From: an uncultured delta proteobacterium
GTDB lineage: Bacteria > Desulfobacterota > WTBG01 > CAIYCZ01 > CAIRTM01
Direction of reading: 5' to 3'
Length of the DNA: 64,000 nt
Assembly (NCBI GenBank): GCA_963804955.1
Contig: CAWDSQ010000014.1
Span: forward strand, 32,001 to 96,000
Shown here piece after piece: positions 18,165-28,874 of the stretch (positions are counted from its first letter, which is position 1; each line of letters begins with the position of its first letter). A program made the position numbers and the translations under genes. Below the pieces are notes generated by a model, which saw only the letters and a list, made by a program, of their open reading frames with translations, did no database searches and had not been told where the DNA came from.

Positions 18165-20591
18165 CTATTTCCGCAGCGCCTTGATCGTCGCTTCCACTTC
18201 GCCTGTTGTCACGCCCTGGCGGAGCTTTTCCATCTGATGCATGACATCGGCAAAGCGAATGCCTTCTGCCGCGCTCACCCAGGCAAGCTGCAGCCGCTCG
18301 GTCCGCAGGCCGAGTTTCTCCATTTTTTTGTGCATTTTCTCGACGCGCTTTTCCGTCCAGTGATTTGCATTTATATAGTGGCAGTCACCGATATGGCAAC
18401 CGCTGACCAGTATCACCTTTGCGCCTTTTTCAAAACCGTGCCAGACGAATTTTTCATCAACCCGGCCCGAGCACATGGTCCGGATGAGCCGCACATTGGG
18501 CGGGTACTGAACCCGCGACACGCCGGCAAAGTCGGCCCCGGCATATGAGCACCAGTTGCAGGCAAATACCAGCACTTTATCCTGCGGGTTTTCTCCGAGC
18601 ATGGCGTCGATCTGGCCGGTGATCTGGCCGTCGGTATAGTGGTTCATGGTTATGGCGCCGAACGGGCACTCGGCAGCACAGGTTCCGCAGCCTGCGCATG
18701 CTGCCGTGGTGACTACGGCGGGCGTTTTTTTCTTGATATCCACCGTGATGGCATTATAGGGGCAGACCTCGACACAGCGGCCGCAGGCTTTGCACTGCTC
18801 GGCATTAATAACGGATGTGATAGGCTCGGATGAAATCTCACCCTTATGCATAAGCCGCACGGCGCGCCCGGCTGCGGCTGAAGCCTGCGTGACTGAATCC
18901 TTTATGTCCTTCGGGCCTTCTGCACAGCCGGCAAAAAAGATGCCCCGCGTTGCAGCATCAACAGGCAGCAGCTTCGGGTGGGCCTCAAGGTAGAATCCGT
19001 CAGGAGTCAGCTGCAGGCCGAGCATTTCCTGAAGTTTCCGAAAGTCTTCAGACGGCTTGACCCCTACGGCAAGCACCATCATGTCAAGATCATAGTTTTC
19101 TATTTTACCGGTAGCGCCGTTCTCAACGACAACATGAAGGCTCTTGTCGGAATTCTCCTGTACCGCGCCGGGAAGGCCCCGCACATAGTTGACGCCGAGC
19201 CTGCGGCTGCGCATATAGAGATCTTCAAACCCCTTGCCGAAAGCGCGCATGTCGATATAGAACACCTTGATATCAATATCGGGATAGTGCTCCTTGAGCA
19301 CCAGCGTGCTTTTCACCGTATTCATGCAGCATACATTGGAGCAGTACGCGCCGCCTTTTTTCATAGACCGGGAGCCGACGCACTGAATGAATCCGATGGA
19401 GCGGGGAGGCTTCTTGTCAGTTGGCCGCATCAGCTCACCCTTGCTCGGCCCGCCTGAATTGACCAGGCGCTCAAACTCAAGGCTGGTAAGCATGTTTTCA
19501 AACCGCGTGTACCCGTATTCATCCATCTCAGCGGGGTTGTAGGCGTCAAGGCCCGTAGCCACCACAATGGTGCCCACCTGCTCGGTGATCTGCTCATCCG
19601 ACATATGAAAGTTGATGCACTTCTTCTGGCAGGCTTCAACGCATTTCGAGCAAACCGCCGGGTTATAGCCCAGGCATTCGCTGCTGTTGATCAGAAACGC
19701 CGCCGGCACGGCCTGAGGGAATGGCCGGTAAATAGCTTTGCGTGATGACAGGCCGATATTGAACTCATCGGGGCGCACCACAGGGCAGACCTTTGCGCAG
19801 TCGCCGCAGGAGGTGCATTCTTTTTCATCGACATAGCGGGCTTTTTTCTGAATCGTCACGGTGAAATTGCCCACATAGCCCTTCACATCAACGACTTCGC
19901 TCATCGTATACAGCTTAATGTTTGGATGCCGACCGGCATCCGCCATCTTAGGCCCGAGTATTCATATCGAGCAGTCCATGGTCGGAAATGTCTTGTCAAG
20001 CTGCGCCATCCTGCCGCCTATGGAAGGCTGCTTTTCCACGAGCAGCACCTCATAGCCGTTGTCGGCAAGATCAAGCGCGGCCTGTATGCCTGCAATGCCG
20101 CCGCCGATGACCATGGTACGCTTGGTCAGCGGCAGAATGTCCTCGTACAGGGGCTCGAGCTGCCGGACGCGCTCAACCGCCATCTTTACCAGGTCAAGGG
20201 CCTTGTCCGTTGCAGCCTGCGGCTCATGCATATGCACCCAGCTGCACTGCTCGCGCAGATTGGCCATTTCAAGCAGGTAGGGATTAAGCCCTGCCGTGAG
20301 CAGCATCTTGCGGAATGTGGGCTCATGCAGGCGGGGAGAGCAGGATGCCACCACAATCCGGTTGAGAGCGCTTTCGGCAATGTCGTTCATGATTTCCTGC
20401 TGGCCGGGCGTGGAACAGGCATAGGTTATTTCCTTTGCCACCACGACATCGCCCAGCTTGGCTGCAGCTTCCGACACAGCCTTGCAGTCTACGGTCTGCG
20501 CGATATTGAGCCCGCACCGGCAGACATAGACGCCGATGCGGGGCGCATCCTCAACAGGGGCACGCGTCTTTGACTGAGTCCGTATCTCCAT
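18165..20591 (-). CDS. hdrA: Selenocysteine-containing heterodisulfide reductase A fused to a C-terminal MvhD domain (808 aa with TGA read-through)
   Basis: ORFs 19962..20591 and 18165..19946 are in frame, giving [40 protein letters not shown]-terminal [12 protein letters not shown]...[10 protein letters not shown]. Confidence 0.93.
19924..19941 (-). promoter_or_regulatory. Bacterial SECIS hairpin
   Basis: GGAUGCC-GGUC-GGCAUCC begins 20 nt after the UGA at 19964-19962; the loop starts with GG. Confidence 0.8.
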
Positions 20592-20616
20592 GTATCCTCC
20601 ATGTGTAGGAAATCAA

Positions 20617-20780
20617 GAGTTCAGAGTTCGGAGTTCGGAGTTCAAAAGTTCAAGGTTAAAAAAAACCCTGAATCCTAAAAAACAAACCCAAATTCCAAAT
20701 TCTGAACTTTAAACTTCCGAACTTTGAACCTTTGAACCCTGTTGTATTACTCCCAACTCCGAACTCTTAACTCCGAACTA
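20617..20780. repeat. Inverted heptamer arrays (GAGTTCR / AACTYYG)
   Basis: gagttcagagttcggagttcggagttc...aactccgaactcttaactccgaact. Confidence 0.75.
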
Positions 20781-20797
20781 TTTTGCCTTTGAACCCG

Positions 20798-22372
20798 CTA
20801 TTCCCACCGGATCGTTTTCACCAGCACGCCGGTCAAATCCATCATATCCATTTTAATCGCATCCGCCTGCATGGGGTCTTCCATGGCGCAGGTCAGGTGA
20901 ATCCGGCATTTCGGGCATGCGGTGATCAGCAGATCGCTGCCCGTGGCGCGCGCCTGCTTCAGGCGCAGAACCTGGAGCTTTTTGCTGTAAGCGTCGCAGC
21001 CCGTCCAGGCGCAATTGCCGCAGCACAGGGCGGCAGCGCCGAAATCCTGCATTTCCTGAAAGCCCTGCGTTTTAAGGCGGCTGATAAGTTTGCGTGGAAG
21101 ATCGGCCTTGCCCTCAAGCCTGCTCAAACGGCAGGGGTCCTGAAACGTGACAGCACGCTCAAGCTTTTTAAAACCCACAGCGCCTTTATCGATTTCCTTT
21201 TCCAGAAGGTCGTAGAGATGCGTAACCGTGCAGGGAAGCTCAATACCGTGAGCCGGATAATCATACACAAACGTGCGGTAGCATTCCGGACAGGCGGTGA
21301 TTATTTCCTCAATGCCGCGATCCTTGATAGCCTGCGCATTGAGCCGGGCAAGGCGCAGAAAATTTTCCTTGTCGCCCGCCCAGAGAAGATCATGGCCGCA
21401 GCAGCGCTCGTCTTCAAGCACTGCGGGCTTTATATCGAAAAAGTTAAGCAGTTTCAGGCTGTCGACGAGAATGTCACGGGTTGTGACGGCAAGAAAATTC
21501 CGGAAAAAATAGTCGAAATAGGCTGCGCAGCCGCCCCAGAAAAGCGTTTTACTTGCGGGGTCGATGGCCACATCTTTGCCGAGCCACTGCCACTTGCGGG
21601 TGGTGAGGCCGGGAGATGCCATGGTGCGCATGAGCGACTGAAAAAACCCTTCATGCGCCTCGCGGCCGGTTTCGGTATCGGGCAGCTCAAGGCCGCGCAA
21701 ATCGCGGATAAATTCGGGAAAGTTTACATCCGAGGGGCAGCGCTCATGGCACAGGCCGCAGGTAAGGCATGCCCTCACGTCTTTCTGCACGGCCTCTGAT
21801 GTCGCACCCCCGGTAATAACCGCATTTGCAATGGCCCGGGGCGAATAATTTTTACCCGTGAGGGCAAGAGGGCAGGCAGACGTGCATTTGCCGCAGTCCT
21901 GACAGGCAAATATGTCGCGAGCCGCAATGATTGTTCGCACCAGCGCTGCCGTATCGGCACTATCGGTCTGCACAGCCTGAGGTGCAACCGGACTTTTGCC
22001 AAGAGCCCTGATGTCATCGCTGAATGTCTTTAAAAACTGCAGAAGCTGCGGGGCTTCATCGGGCAGAGACATTCCCAGGCGCAGGCGCTGCCTGCCGATG
22101 CCCAGCAGATCAAGAATCTCCTGCATGTCATCAATATTGCCGATAGCTGTTTCAGTGCCGCTGCCGTAGCGGCAGGCCCCTGCTGCGCACCCCAGAAGCG
22201 CTACGCCGTCAGCCCCCATTTCAAAGGCCCGCAGCAGCAGAGCCCGGTTGATCCTGCCTGCGCAGGGCACCCGGATGAGGCCGATTTCATCGGGAATGTC
22301 GGCGCCCTGTTCCTGCAGCGTATGCATGGCGGTATGGGGCCCCCAGTTGCAGATAAAAACAATAAGTTTCAT
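20798..22372 (-). CDS. MvhD-like + 2[4Fe-4S] (HdrC-like) + two CCG domains (HdrB/HdrD-like) fusion protein
   Basis: FICNWG..VPCAGRI..GCAAGACRY; CQDCGKCTSACP, CLTCGLCHERCP; ERCCGH..TACPEC and DPCRL..LCCGN..TACPKC. Confidence 0.88.
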   Translation of the reverse strand: MKLIVFICNWGPHTAMHTLQEQGADIPDEIGLIRVPCAGRINRALLLRAFEMGADGVALLGCAAGACRYGSGTETAIGNIDDMQEILDLLGIGRQRLRLGMSLPDEAPQLLQFLKTFSDDIRALGKSPVAPQAVQTDSADTAALVRTIIAARDIFACQDCGKCTSACPLALTGKNYSPRAIANAVITGGATSEAVQKDVRACLTCGLCHERCPSDVNFPEFIRDLRGLELPDTETGREAHEGFFQSLMRTMASPGLTTRKWQWLGKDVAIDPASKTLFWGGCAAYFDYFFRNFLAVTTRDILVDSLKLLNFFDIKPAVLEDERCCGHDLLWAGDKENFLRLARLNAQAIKDRGIEEIITACPECYRTFVYDYPAHGIELPCTVTHLYDLLEKEIDKGAVGFKKLERAVTFQDPCRLSRLEGKADLPRKLISRLKTQGFQEMQDFGAAALCCGNCAWTGCDAYSKKLQVLRLKQARATGSDLLITACPKCRIHLTCAMEDPMQADAIKMDMMDLTGVLVKTIRWE

Positions 22373-22396
22373 GGCAGCAGCATTTTTTTTCACAAG

Positions 22397-22488
22397 CACC
22401 TGTCCCGGATGTGCCGCGCAGGCGGCACGTATTAAAAAGTCAATCGTATCTACCGGGATGCCCCGCATTGCAGGCGGGGAGCATCACT
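22397..22488 (-). repeat. Dispersed ~95-nt structured repeat, copy 1
   Basis: GTGATGCTCCCCGCCTGCA..GCGGGGCATCCCGGTAGATACGATTGA...TGCCG..CGCGGCACAT, near-identical to 57843-57959. Confidence 0.85.
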
Positions 22489-22499
22489 CCTGTTTTTAA

Positions 22500-25400
22500 T
22501 CAGCGCTCCAGCAGCAGTTCGCCGAGCGCGCGTTCGAGAAAAGCCTGGTTGCGGTACGGGCTGTCCGCAGCATTTGAGGGGCAGACCGAAATGCAGTTGC
22601 CGCAGCCTTTGCACAGAGCATCATCAACCGTTGCGCGCCAGGCGCCGTTTGGGCCGGGCCCGAGGGTAACAGCCTGATAGGGGCAGTGCCGCACGCAGCG
22701 GCCGCAGCCCCGGCACAGCTCTTCATCAACGCAGACGGTAAAGCCCCTGCTTGCGCGCGGGCCCCGCGGCATGCCTGCGGCTGCCAGCACAGCCGCTGCA
22801 GCTCCTTTTTCGCGCTCGGAGAGTTTGACCCCGGGGAAATCGGCCATATAAACGCCGGAAACCGATGTTGCACCCGGATATAAAAACGATATGCCGGTCA
22901 CTCCCTGTTGCTGCATGACTGACGAGATGGTGCGTCCCGGAAGCTCCTTCTGATGGATGCAGGTTAGTTTCTTGGCCTGCCTGCCGCCGAGAATCACGGC
23001 GCCGGCCTGAACGGTCTGCGTATCCTGATCTCCCATTTGAAACGATATCTGAAAATCGCCCCTGGAGCCGTTGATTGCGCTGACCGTGGCGCCCGTAAAA
23101 CGGTGAATATTGGCTTGAATGACTGGCGGTTCATCGCTGTCCTGCAGCGGGGCAAAAAGCAGCACCTCAAAGCCCATGCCGGCAAGGGTCAAAGCGCTCT
23201 GCCGGGCGGCTGCGGAATCACCGATCACGGCGGTTGTGAAGCTGTAGTTATGAGAAGGCGTAGGCAGAAGCTTCAGGCGCCGCGCACGGTTGATGGAGCT
23301 TTCAATAAGGCTTTCAAAGCGGTCAGTTGCGCTATCGGGGCTGCTTTTTACCAGCCGCAGCACCTCGCCGCGCAAATTGCATGCCTCGACCATGGAGCGG
23401 CTCACGCCCGTGCCCGTAAAAAGCCTGTTTTTCAAACGGCTGCGCTGCTCCGTGCAGGAGCTGCACACGAAGTTAAGCGAGCAGCAGACGCATGATGCCA
23501 GAACGGCCCGCGTAATGCCTTTTTCACGAATCGTGCGCACAATTGAGGAATAGCCCTCGGGGACGCAAACAGCTGTTAAAATTTCCGCATGGACGATATC
23601 GGGGCGGGTGGAAAGGCCTTCCATATAGTGCGTCATGCTGTCGAGCCACCCTTTAGAGTCATTGCAGCGGCAGGCAAATACGCCGATGCGGATATCGGGC
23701 GACAGACCGGGATCGGGAACAGAGAACGTCATGCCGTGGCCCCTGGGCCGGGCGCCGCTGCCCCCGAGCAGAACCATGGCCTTGGCGGCAGCGGAAAAAC
23801 CGCGCGCCATAAGCGCGTACGACATCCTCTTTTGATGACTTCGCGTCATAGGCCCGTATCACATCCTCGCCATTGATCTGGCCGGCAGCGTCCTTGTCGG
23901 CAATGATGACAATGCCGGCATTTTCCGTAAGAGCTTCTCCCTCCTGATTATGCAGTATCGCGCCGACAGCTTCGCATGCATCGCTGCACTGCAGGCACTG
24001 GGAGCAGACGCCGCATTGAAGGCAGCGCTGCGTCTCTGCCATCACCTGCTCGCGGTCAAGCCCCAAAGCTGTTTCCAGAAATGTAGAGCGCCGAACTGCA
24101 GGCTCAAGCTCGGCCATGACTGGCCGCAGAGTTTTCTGCGCAATGACGGGAAGGGGGTCAAAATCGCGATCCTGAGGGCGAACAGGCCTATCTGCCGGTG
24201 CTGCGTCGCGGTGCATATGGCTCAGCAGCCCGCGGGCCGCGCTGCGGCCTGAGGCCATTGCTTCAACGGCCGACGTGGGGCCGCTGACACCGTCGCCTGC
24301 GCCATACACGCCGTGCAGATTGGTGCGCTGCTGCGCATCGGTTTTGATAAAACCATTTTTTGTCACATGGAGCCTGCCGTGGGCATCCTGTTGTTTCAGA
24401 GGGCCGGACTGGCCGATTGCAACGAAAGCCATGTCAAAGGGAAGTTCACAGCCCGTTTTTTTCGGGTCTATCACAGGCCAGGGGGTACCGCCGGCATCAG
24501 GTTGCCCGGGCTTTGTGGCAGCGCATTTCAGGCTGCGCAGTTTACCGCCTGCGCCCTCAAAAACCGTCACCTGGCATGAGGCCTTTATGGCAACGCCTTC
24601 CTCGATTGCCGCCTTCACCTCGTCTGCGTCAGCAGGGATTGCATCTTCGGAAAACCAGGAGATCAGGGTCACCTCGGCGCCAAGGCGGCACAGGGCCCGT
24701 GCCAGATCAAAGGCGCTGTTGCCGTCGCCGATGACGGCAGCCCTGCCCTGCAGTTCTTTCACATCACCGCGGTACATGCGATTTAAAAATGCCAGGCACC
24801 CTTCAACCCCTGCAAGATCTTCGCCGGGTACGCCCAGTTTTCGGTCAAGCCAGGTGCCGGTTGCAACTATAACGCCGCTGTGTTTCTTCGCCAGTGTTTC
24901 AAGCTCAAGGGAAACATCAACCGGGTGATTGCAGATAAAGTGAACGCCGAGGCTTTTGATATAGTCGATATCGCGGTCAAGAATATCCTCAGGCAGGCGG
25001 TAGCGCCCCACGCCGTAGCGCAGAAGCCCACCGGGCAGGGGCTCTTTTTCATATACCGTGACGCCGCAGCCTGCACGGGCAAGCTCGGCAGCCGCGGCCA
25101 GGCCTGCAGGGCCGGAGCCGATAACGGCAATACCGGGGGCATCATGGGCTGCCTGTTTTTTGACAGGGGCAGTGGTGGCGGCGTTATCGGTGATAAACCG
25201 CTTGATATCCTTGATGGCAATGGCCTGATCAAGCTCTGCCCGGCGGCAGGCTGTTTCGCAGGGATGCGTGCAGATGCGGCCGCAGATGCCGGGCAGCACA
25301 TTGTCCTGCCGGATAATATCCAGTGCTTCGCCGTATTTTTCATCTCCGCACAGAGCGATATAGCCCTGTGCATTGACGCCAAGCGGGCACTCTTTCTGGC

Positions 25401-25861
25401 AGGGCGGATCGTTGCGCTTTTCAATCACGACCCTGCCGGGAAGGCTCTGGCGCCCATTGTAGATTATTGCTTTACGGCCGGTGTCAAGCTTTACCGGGCA
25501 GCTGTCATGGCAGCGGCCGCAGAGAGTGCATTTTTCCAAATCAACAAAAGTCTGAGGCCGGGTGATTTTTATGGAAAACCCCTGCGCTGCTGTGCTTGAC
25601 AGCATCGACCCGTGCCGGCATATGCAGCCGTATGTCGGGGTTGCGCAGAATACGAATGAGGCCCGGACGGTGGGCGTAATTGAGCCGCACACCCGATTTC
25701 AGCATCCATTCATCGCGGGAAAATTTTGCGTCAAGATCAATGGCCGTATCGATGAGGGTGACCGGTATGCCAAGCTCGCCGAGCTTATTGGCGGCAGTCA
25801 CGCCAGAGGGCGTGGCGCCTATGATGGCTACGCGGTGCAGGCGTTCTTTGGCTTTTTTCAT
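22500..25861 (-). CDS. HdrL-like large FeS flavoprotein (HdrA-derived domains around a GltD-like NAD(P)H module); frameshifts near 25590 and 23830
   Basis: Three overlapping ORFs join; PPCQKECP, CGRICTHPCETAC, GSGPAG, GDGNSA, RCLQCGVCSQCLQC, IGVFACRC, terminal 2[4Fe-4S]. Confidence 0.82.
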
Positions 25862-26466
25862 GACCCAACTCCCGCATGGCCCGCGGCCTTTTTCTCGCGG
25901 CCTTTGAGCATGGCGGCGCCATAGTCCCAGCCTTTTTTGAAAGCGTTCAGATTCATCTCCTCGGTCCCCTTGGGCACCGAATCCTTCACCGCTTCCTCAA
26001 CCGCCTTGCGCGACACGGCCTGCGTGACAGAGGAAAAAAAGCCGAGCATGACGATATTGGCTATCATCTTGCGGCCCATTTCCTCGGCAAGGCGCGTTGC
26101 AGGTATGGAAAAATAATCGCGGTCAAAACCCGTCGGCTTCACAAGATCCAGATCGGTAATGAGCATGGTCGTATCACAGATCATATTGGCATACTTGTCG
26201 TAGCCGGTCTGGGACATGCAGACCAGTATGTCGGGCCGGCGCACATACGGGTACTGTATCTGCCTGTCGTCGATTATGACCTGGGAGCAGCAGTAGCCGC
26301 CGCGCGACTCAGGGCCGTAGGACTGCACCTGCGTGCTCTCGCGGTGATCGCCCAGAGCCGCGGCTTTACCAAGTATGCTGCCGATAAGCACGACACCCTG
26401 GCCGCCGAAGCCCGTGACCAGTATTTCTTTTTTTGTTGTTATTGCTGCTGCTTGTGTCATCCCCAA
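25858..26466 (-). CDS. korC: 2-oxoacid:ferredoxin oxidoreductase gamma subunit
   Basis: GFGGQGVVLIG, QSYGPESRGG, ANIVMLG; substrate specificity not determinable. Confidence 0.9.
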   Translation of the reverse strand: MGMTQAAAITTKKEILVTGFGGQGVVLIGSILGKAAALGDHRESTQVQSYGPESRGGYCCSQVIIDDRQIQYPYVRRPDILVCMSQTGYDKYANMICDTTMLITDLDLVKPTGFDRDYFSIPATRLAEEMGRKMIANIVMLGFFSSVTQAVSRKAVEEAVKDSVPKGTEEMNLNAFKKGWDYGAAMLKGREKKAAGHAGVGS

Positions 26467-26534
26467 TGCGCCTTTAAAAGTAGTTCTCCTGCACTATCTG
26501 CAGGGTGGTTCTTATAAATGTATAGGTCTTTAGA

Positions 26535-26710
26535 AGAAGCCAGAATCCAGTAGTCAGAATCCAGAATAAAAGGCACATTGCACACTTTGGCTCTGGCGCC
26601 TCGACTGAACTCCGGGCAGGTTTAAAACCTGCCCCTACATGAATTTTTTTAAATCTTGAATCCGGAATCTTGAATTTCTTTACTACTGAATTCTGGCTCC
26701 TGACTTCTGT
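26535..26710. repeat. Inverted heptamer arrays enclosing a GTAG-type REP (26614-26639)
   Basis: agaagccagaatccagtagtcagaat...tactactgaattctggctcctgacttct; TGTAGGGGCAGGTTTTAAACCTGCCC on the minus strand. Confidence 0.75.
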
Positions 26711-26732
26711 CTTCCCGTGCCAGCCTGAAATG

Positions 26733-27572
26733 CTATTCTTTGTGGTACAGTTTATTATAGGTCTCGGTAAAAGTCGGCCTTTCGACATCGACAAAGGTGC
26801 CCAGGACAACCCGCTTTTTAAAATCAACGGCAAGCTCTGCCGGGTTGGCGTTGTTTTTGATAATCGTTTTATCCTGATACATCTTCAGGGTGTCAAGGGG
26901 CCGCTCCTTATTGCGCCTGCCGTAGTTGACCGGACAGGGCGCCAGCACCTCGACGAAGGAGAAACCTTTTCTGGTCAGGCAGGACTGAATGGATTCGGTA
27001 ACCTCGCGGGTATGCAGCATGGTCCAGCGGGCGATATAGGTTGCACCTGAGGCATAGGCAAGCAGCGGCAGGTTAAACGGGCTGTCCGGGTTGCCCAAAG
27101 GGGTCGTGGTGGTGCGGGCAAGGCTCGGGGTTGTGGCCGCCACCTGGCCGCCGGTCATGCCGTAATTGAGATTATTGATACAGATGACGGTCATATCGAT
27201 ATTTCTGCGGGCGGCATGAATAAAATGATTGCCGCCGATGGCAAACAAATCGCCGTCGCCGCTGAAAACGATCATATGGAGGTCGGGGTTGGCGATCTTC
27301 ATGCCCGTGGCAAAAGGAATGGCCCTGCCATGGGTGGTATGAAACGAGTCGACCTTTGCATAGCCGGCGCCGCGTCCCGAGCAGCCGATGCCCGAGACCA
27401 TGACGGTTTTATCCAGATCGATGCCGCTAGCAAGCATGGCATGCAGGCATGATGAAAAGACCGTGCCAATGCCGCAGCCCGGGCACCAGATATGGGGCAT
27501 CCGGTCAGTGCGAATCAGATCGTCAAGAGGATGCTTCTGCTCGCTTGTAACCTTTTTGGCCTGTGCTGCCAT
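26733..27572 (-). CDS. korB: 2-oxoacid:ferredoxin oxidoreductase beta (TPP-binding) subunit
   Basis: WCPGCG, SGIGCS, HTTHGRA, SGDGDLFAIGGNH, YGMTGGQ. Confidence 0.93.
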   Translation of the reverse strand: MAAQAKKVTSEQKHPLDDLIRTDRMPHIWCPGCGIGTVFSSCLHAMLASGIDLDKTVMVSGIGCSGRGAGYAKVDSFHTTHGRAIPFATGMKIANPDLHMIVFSGDGDLFAIGGNHFIHAARRNIDMTVICINNLNYGMTGGQVAATTPSLARTTTTPLGNPDSPFNLPLLAYASGATYIARWTMLHTREVTESIQSCLTRKGFSFVEVLAPCPVNYGRRNKERPLDTLKMYQDKTIIKNNANPAELAVDFKKRVVLGTFVDVERPTFTETYNKLYHKE

Positions 27573-27644
27573 GTTTCTTATGCCTTTCGGGACACTGCAT
27601 GCAGGTGCGCTCCTCAGGGCCGCGCCTGCTGTGTCCCCGTATGA

Positions 27645-28803
27645 TTACTGGTTCGATGTCAGCTCTTTGAGCGCGGCATATACGCGCTCCGGCGGTATGA
27701 TGGCGCCGCCGGCATGACCTACCAGCACGGTCTCTGCCCTGCCGCAGGCGCAGCGCTCTACTTCGCGGTGTATCTGCCCCATATTCATCTCAACGGTCAC
27801 AAATGCTTTGACCCGCCGGGACAGCTCCTGCACCAGCGCATCCGGAAAAGGCCAGACAGTTATCAGGCGCAGCAAGGCCGACCTTAATGCCGTCGCGCCG
27901 CGCGTCCTCAACTGCGGCATAGGCTGTGCGGGCCGAAGCCCCATAGGACACGATGCAGATATCTGCGTCATCCATCAGGTACTGTTCGGTGCGGATGATG
28001 TCGTCCAGATTATTTTGAATTTTGCCGACCAGGCGCGTCATCATGATTTCCTGCGCTTCAGGGGACATGGCCGGATAGCCGCGCTCATCATGAGTAAGGC
28101 CCGTTATATGCACCCGGTAGCCGTCTCCGGCTGCGGGCATGGGGGCAACGCCATAGGCTGTTGTTTCATAGGGCTTGAACCGGTCTTTGCGGCCCTTTGG
28201 CTTGATTCTTTCGAAGGTCTTTATTTTTTTCGCATCCGGGATAATGACCTTTTCGCTCATATGGCCGATGATTTCATCGGACATCACCAGAACGGGCAGG
28301 CGGTATTTCTCGCTCAGGTTAAAAGCATCTATGGTGTGGTAAAACATTTCCTGCGCCGACATGGGGGCAAAGGCTATAATCTCATAGTGGCCGTGGGAAC
28401 CCCAGCGGGCCTGCATCATATCGCCCTGAGCGCCAAGGGTGGGAAGGCCGGTGGAGGGGCCTGCGCGCTGCACATTCACCACCACGCAGGGGGTTTCGGT
28501 GCAGATGCCCAGGCCTATATTTTCCATCATGAGGCTGAAGCCCGGGCCCGATGTTGATGTCATGCTTTTCCTGCCTGCCCATGACGCGCCGAGAATTGAC
28601 GCCATGGCCGCAATTTCATCCTCCATCTGGATATAGGTGCCTCCGGCCTGAGGCAGGCGCGAGGACATATGCTCTGCTATTTCTGTTGCAGGCGTTATCG
28701 GATAGCCGCCGAAGAACTGGCACCCCGCGGCAAGCCCGCCTTCTGCGCAGGCCTCGTCGCCTGTCATATAATGTTCGCCCGTTAAAACTGCTGGATTGCT
28801 CAT
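27645..28803 (-). CDS. korA: 2-oxoacid:ferredoxin oxidoreductase alpha subunit; frameshift near 27875
   Basis: GYPITPATEI, QMEDEIA, TSGPGFSLM, QRAGPSTGLPT; C-part LRLITVWPFP..EMNMGQ in the adjacent frame. Confidence 0.92.
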
Positions 28804-28874
28804 GAAAGTGCCGCTATCTAATAAATAAAAAGTTTATATAGTCTGCGCAATGCGCCGCTCCACTCCTGTCCGGT

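Noticed and set aside
19962..19964. hdrA as a pseudogene or as two genes
   Set aside because: The stop is at a conserved Cys position, in frame, and is followed by a SECIS-like hairpin
22373..22468. N-terminal extensions in the ORF track (here and 57843-57863)
   Set aside because: They are translations of the dispersed repeat, not protein sequence
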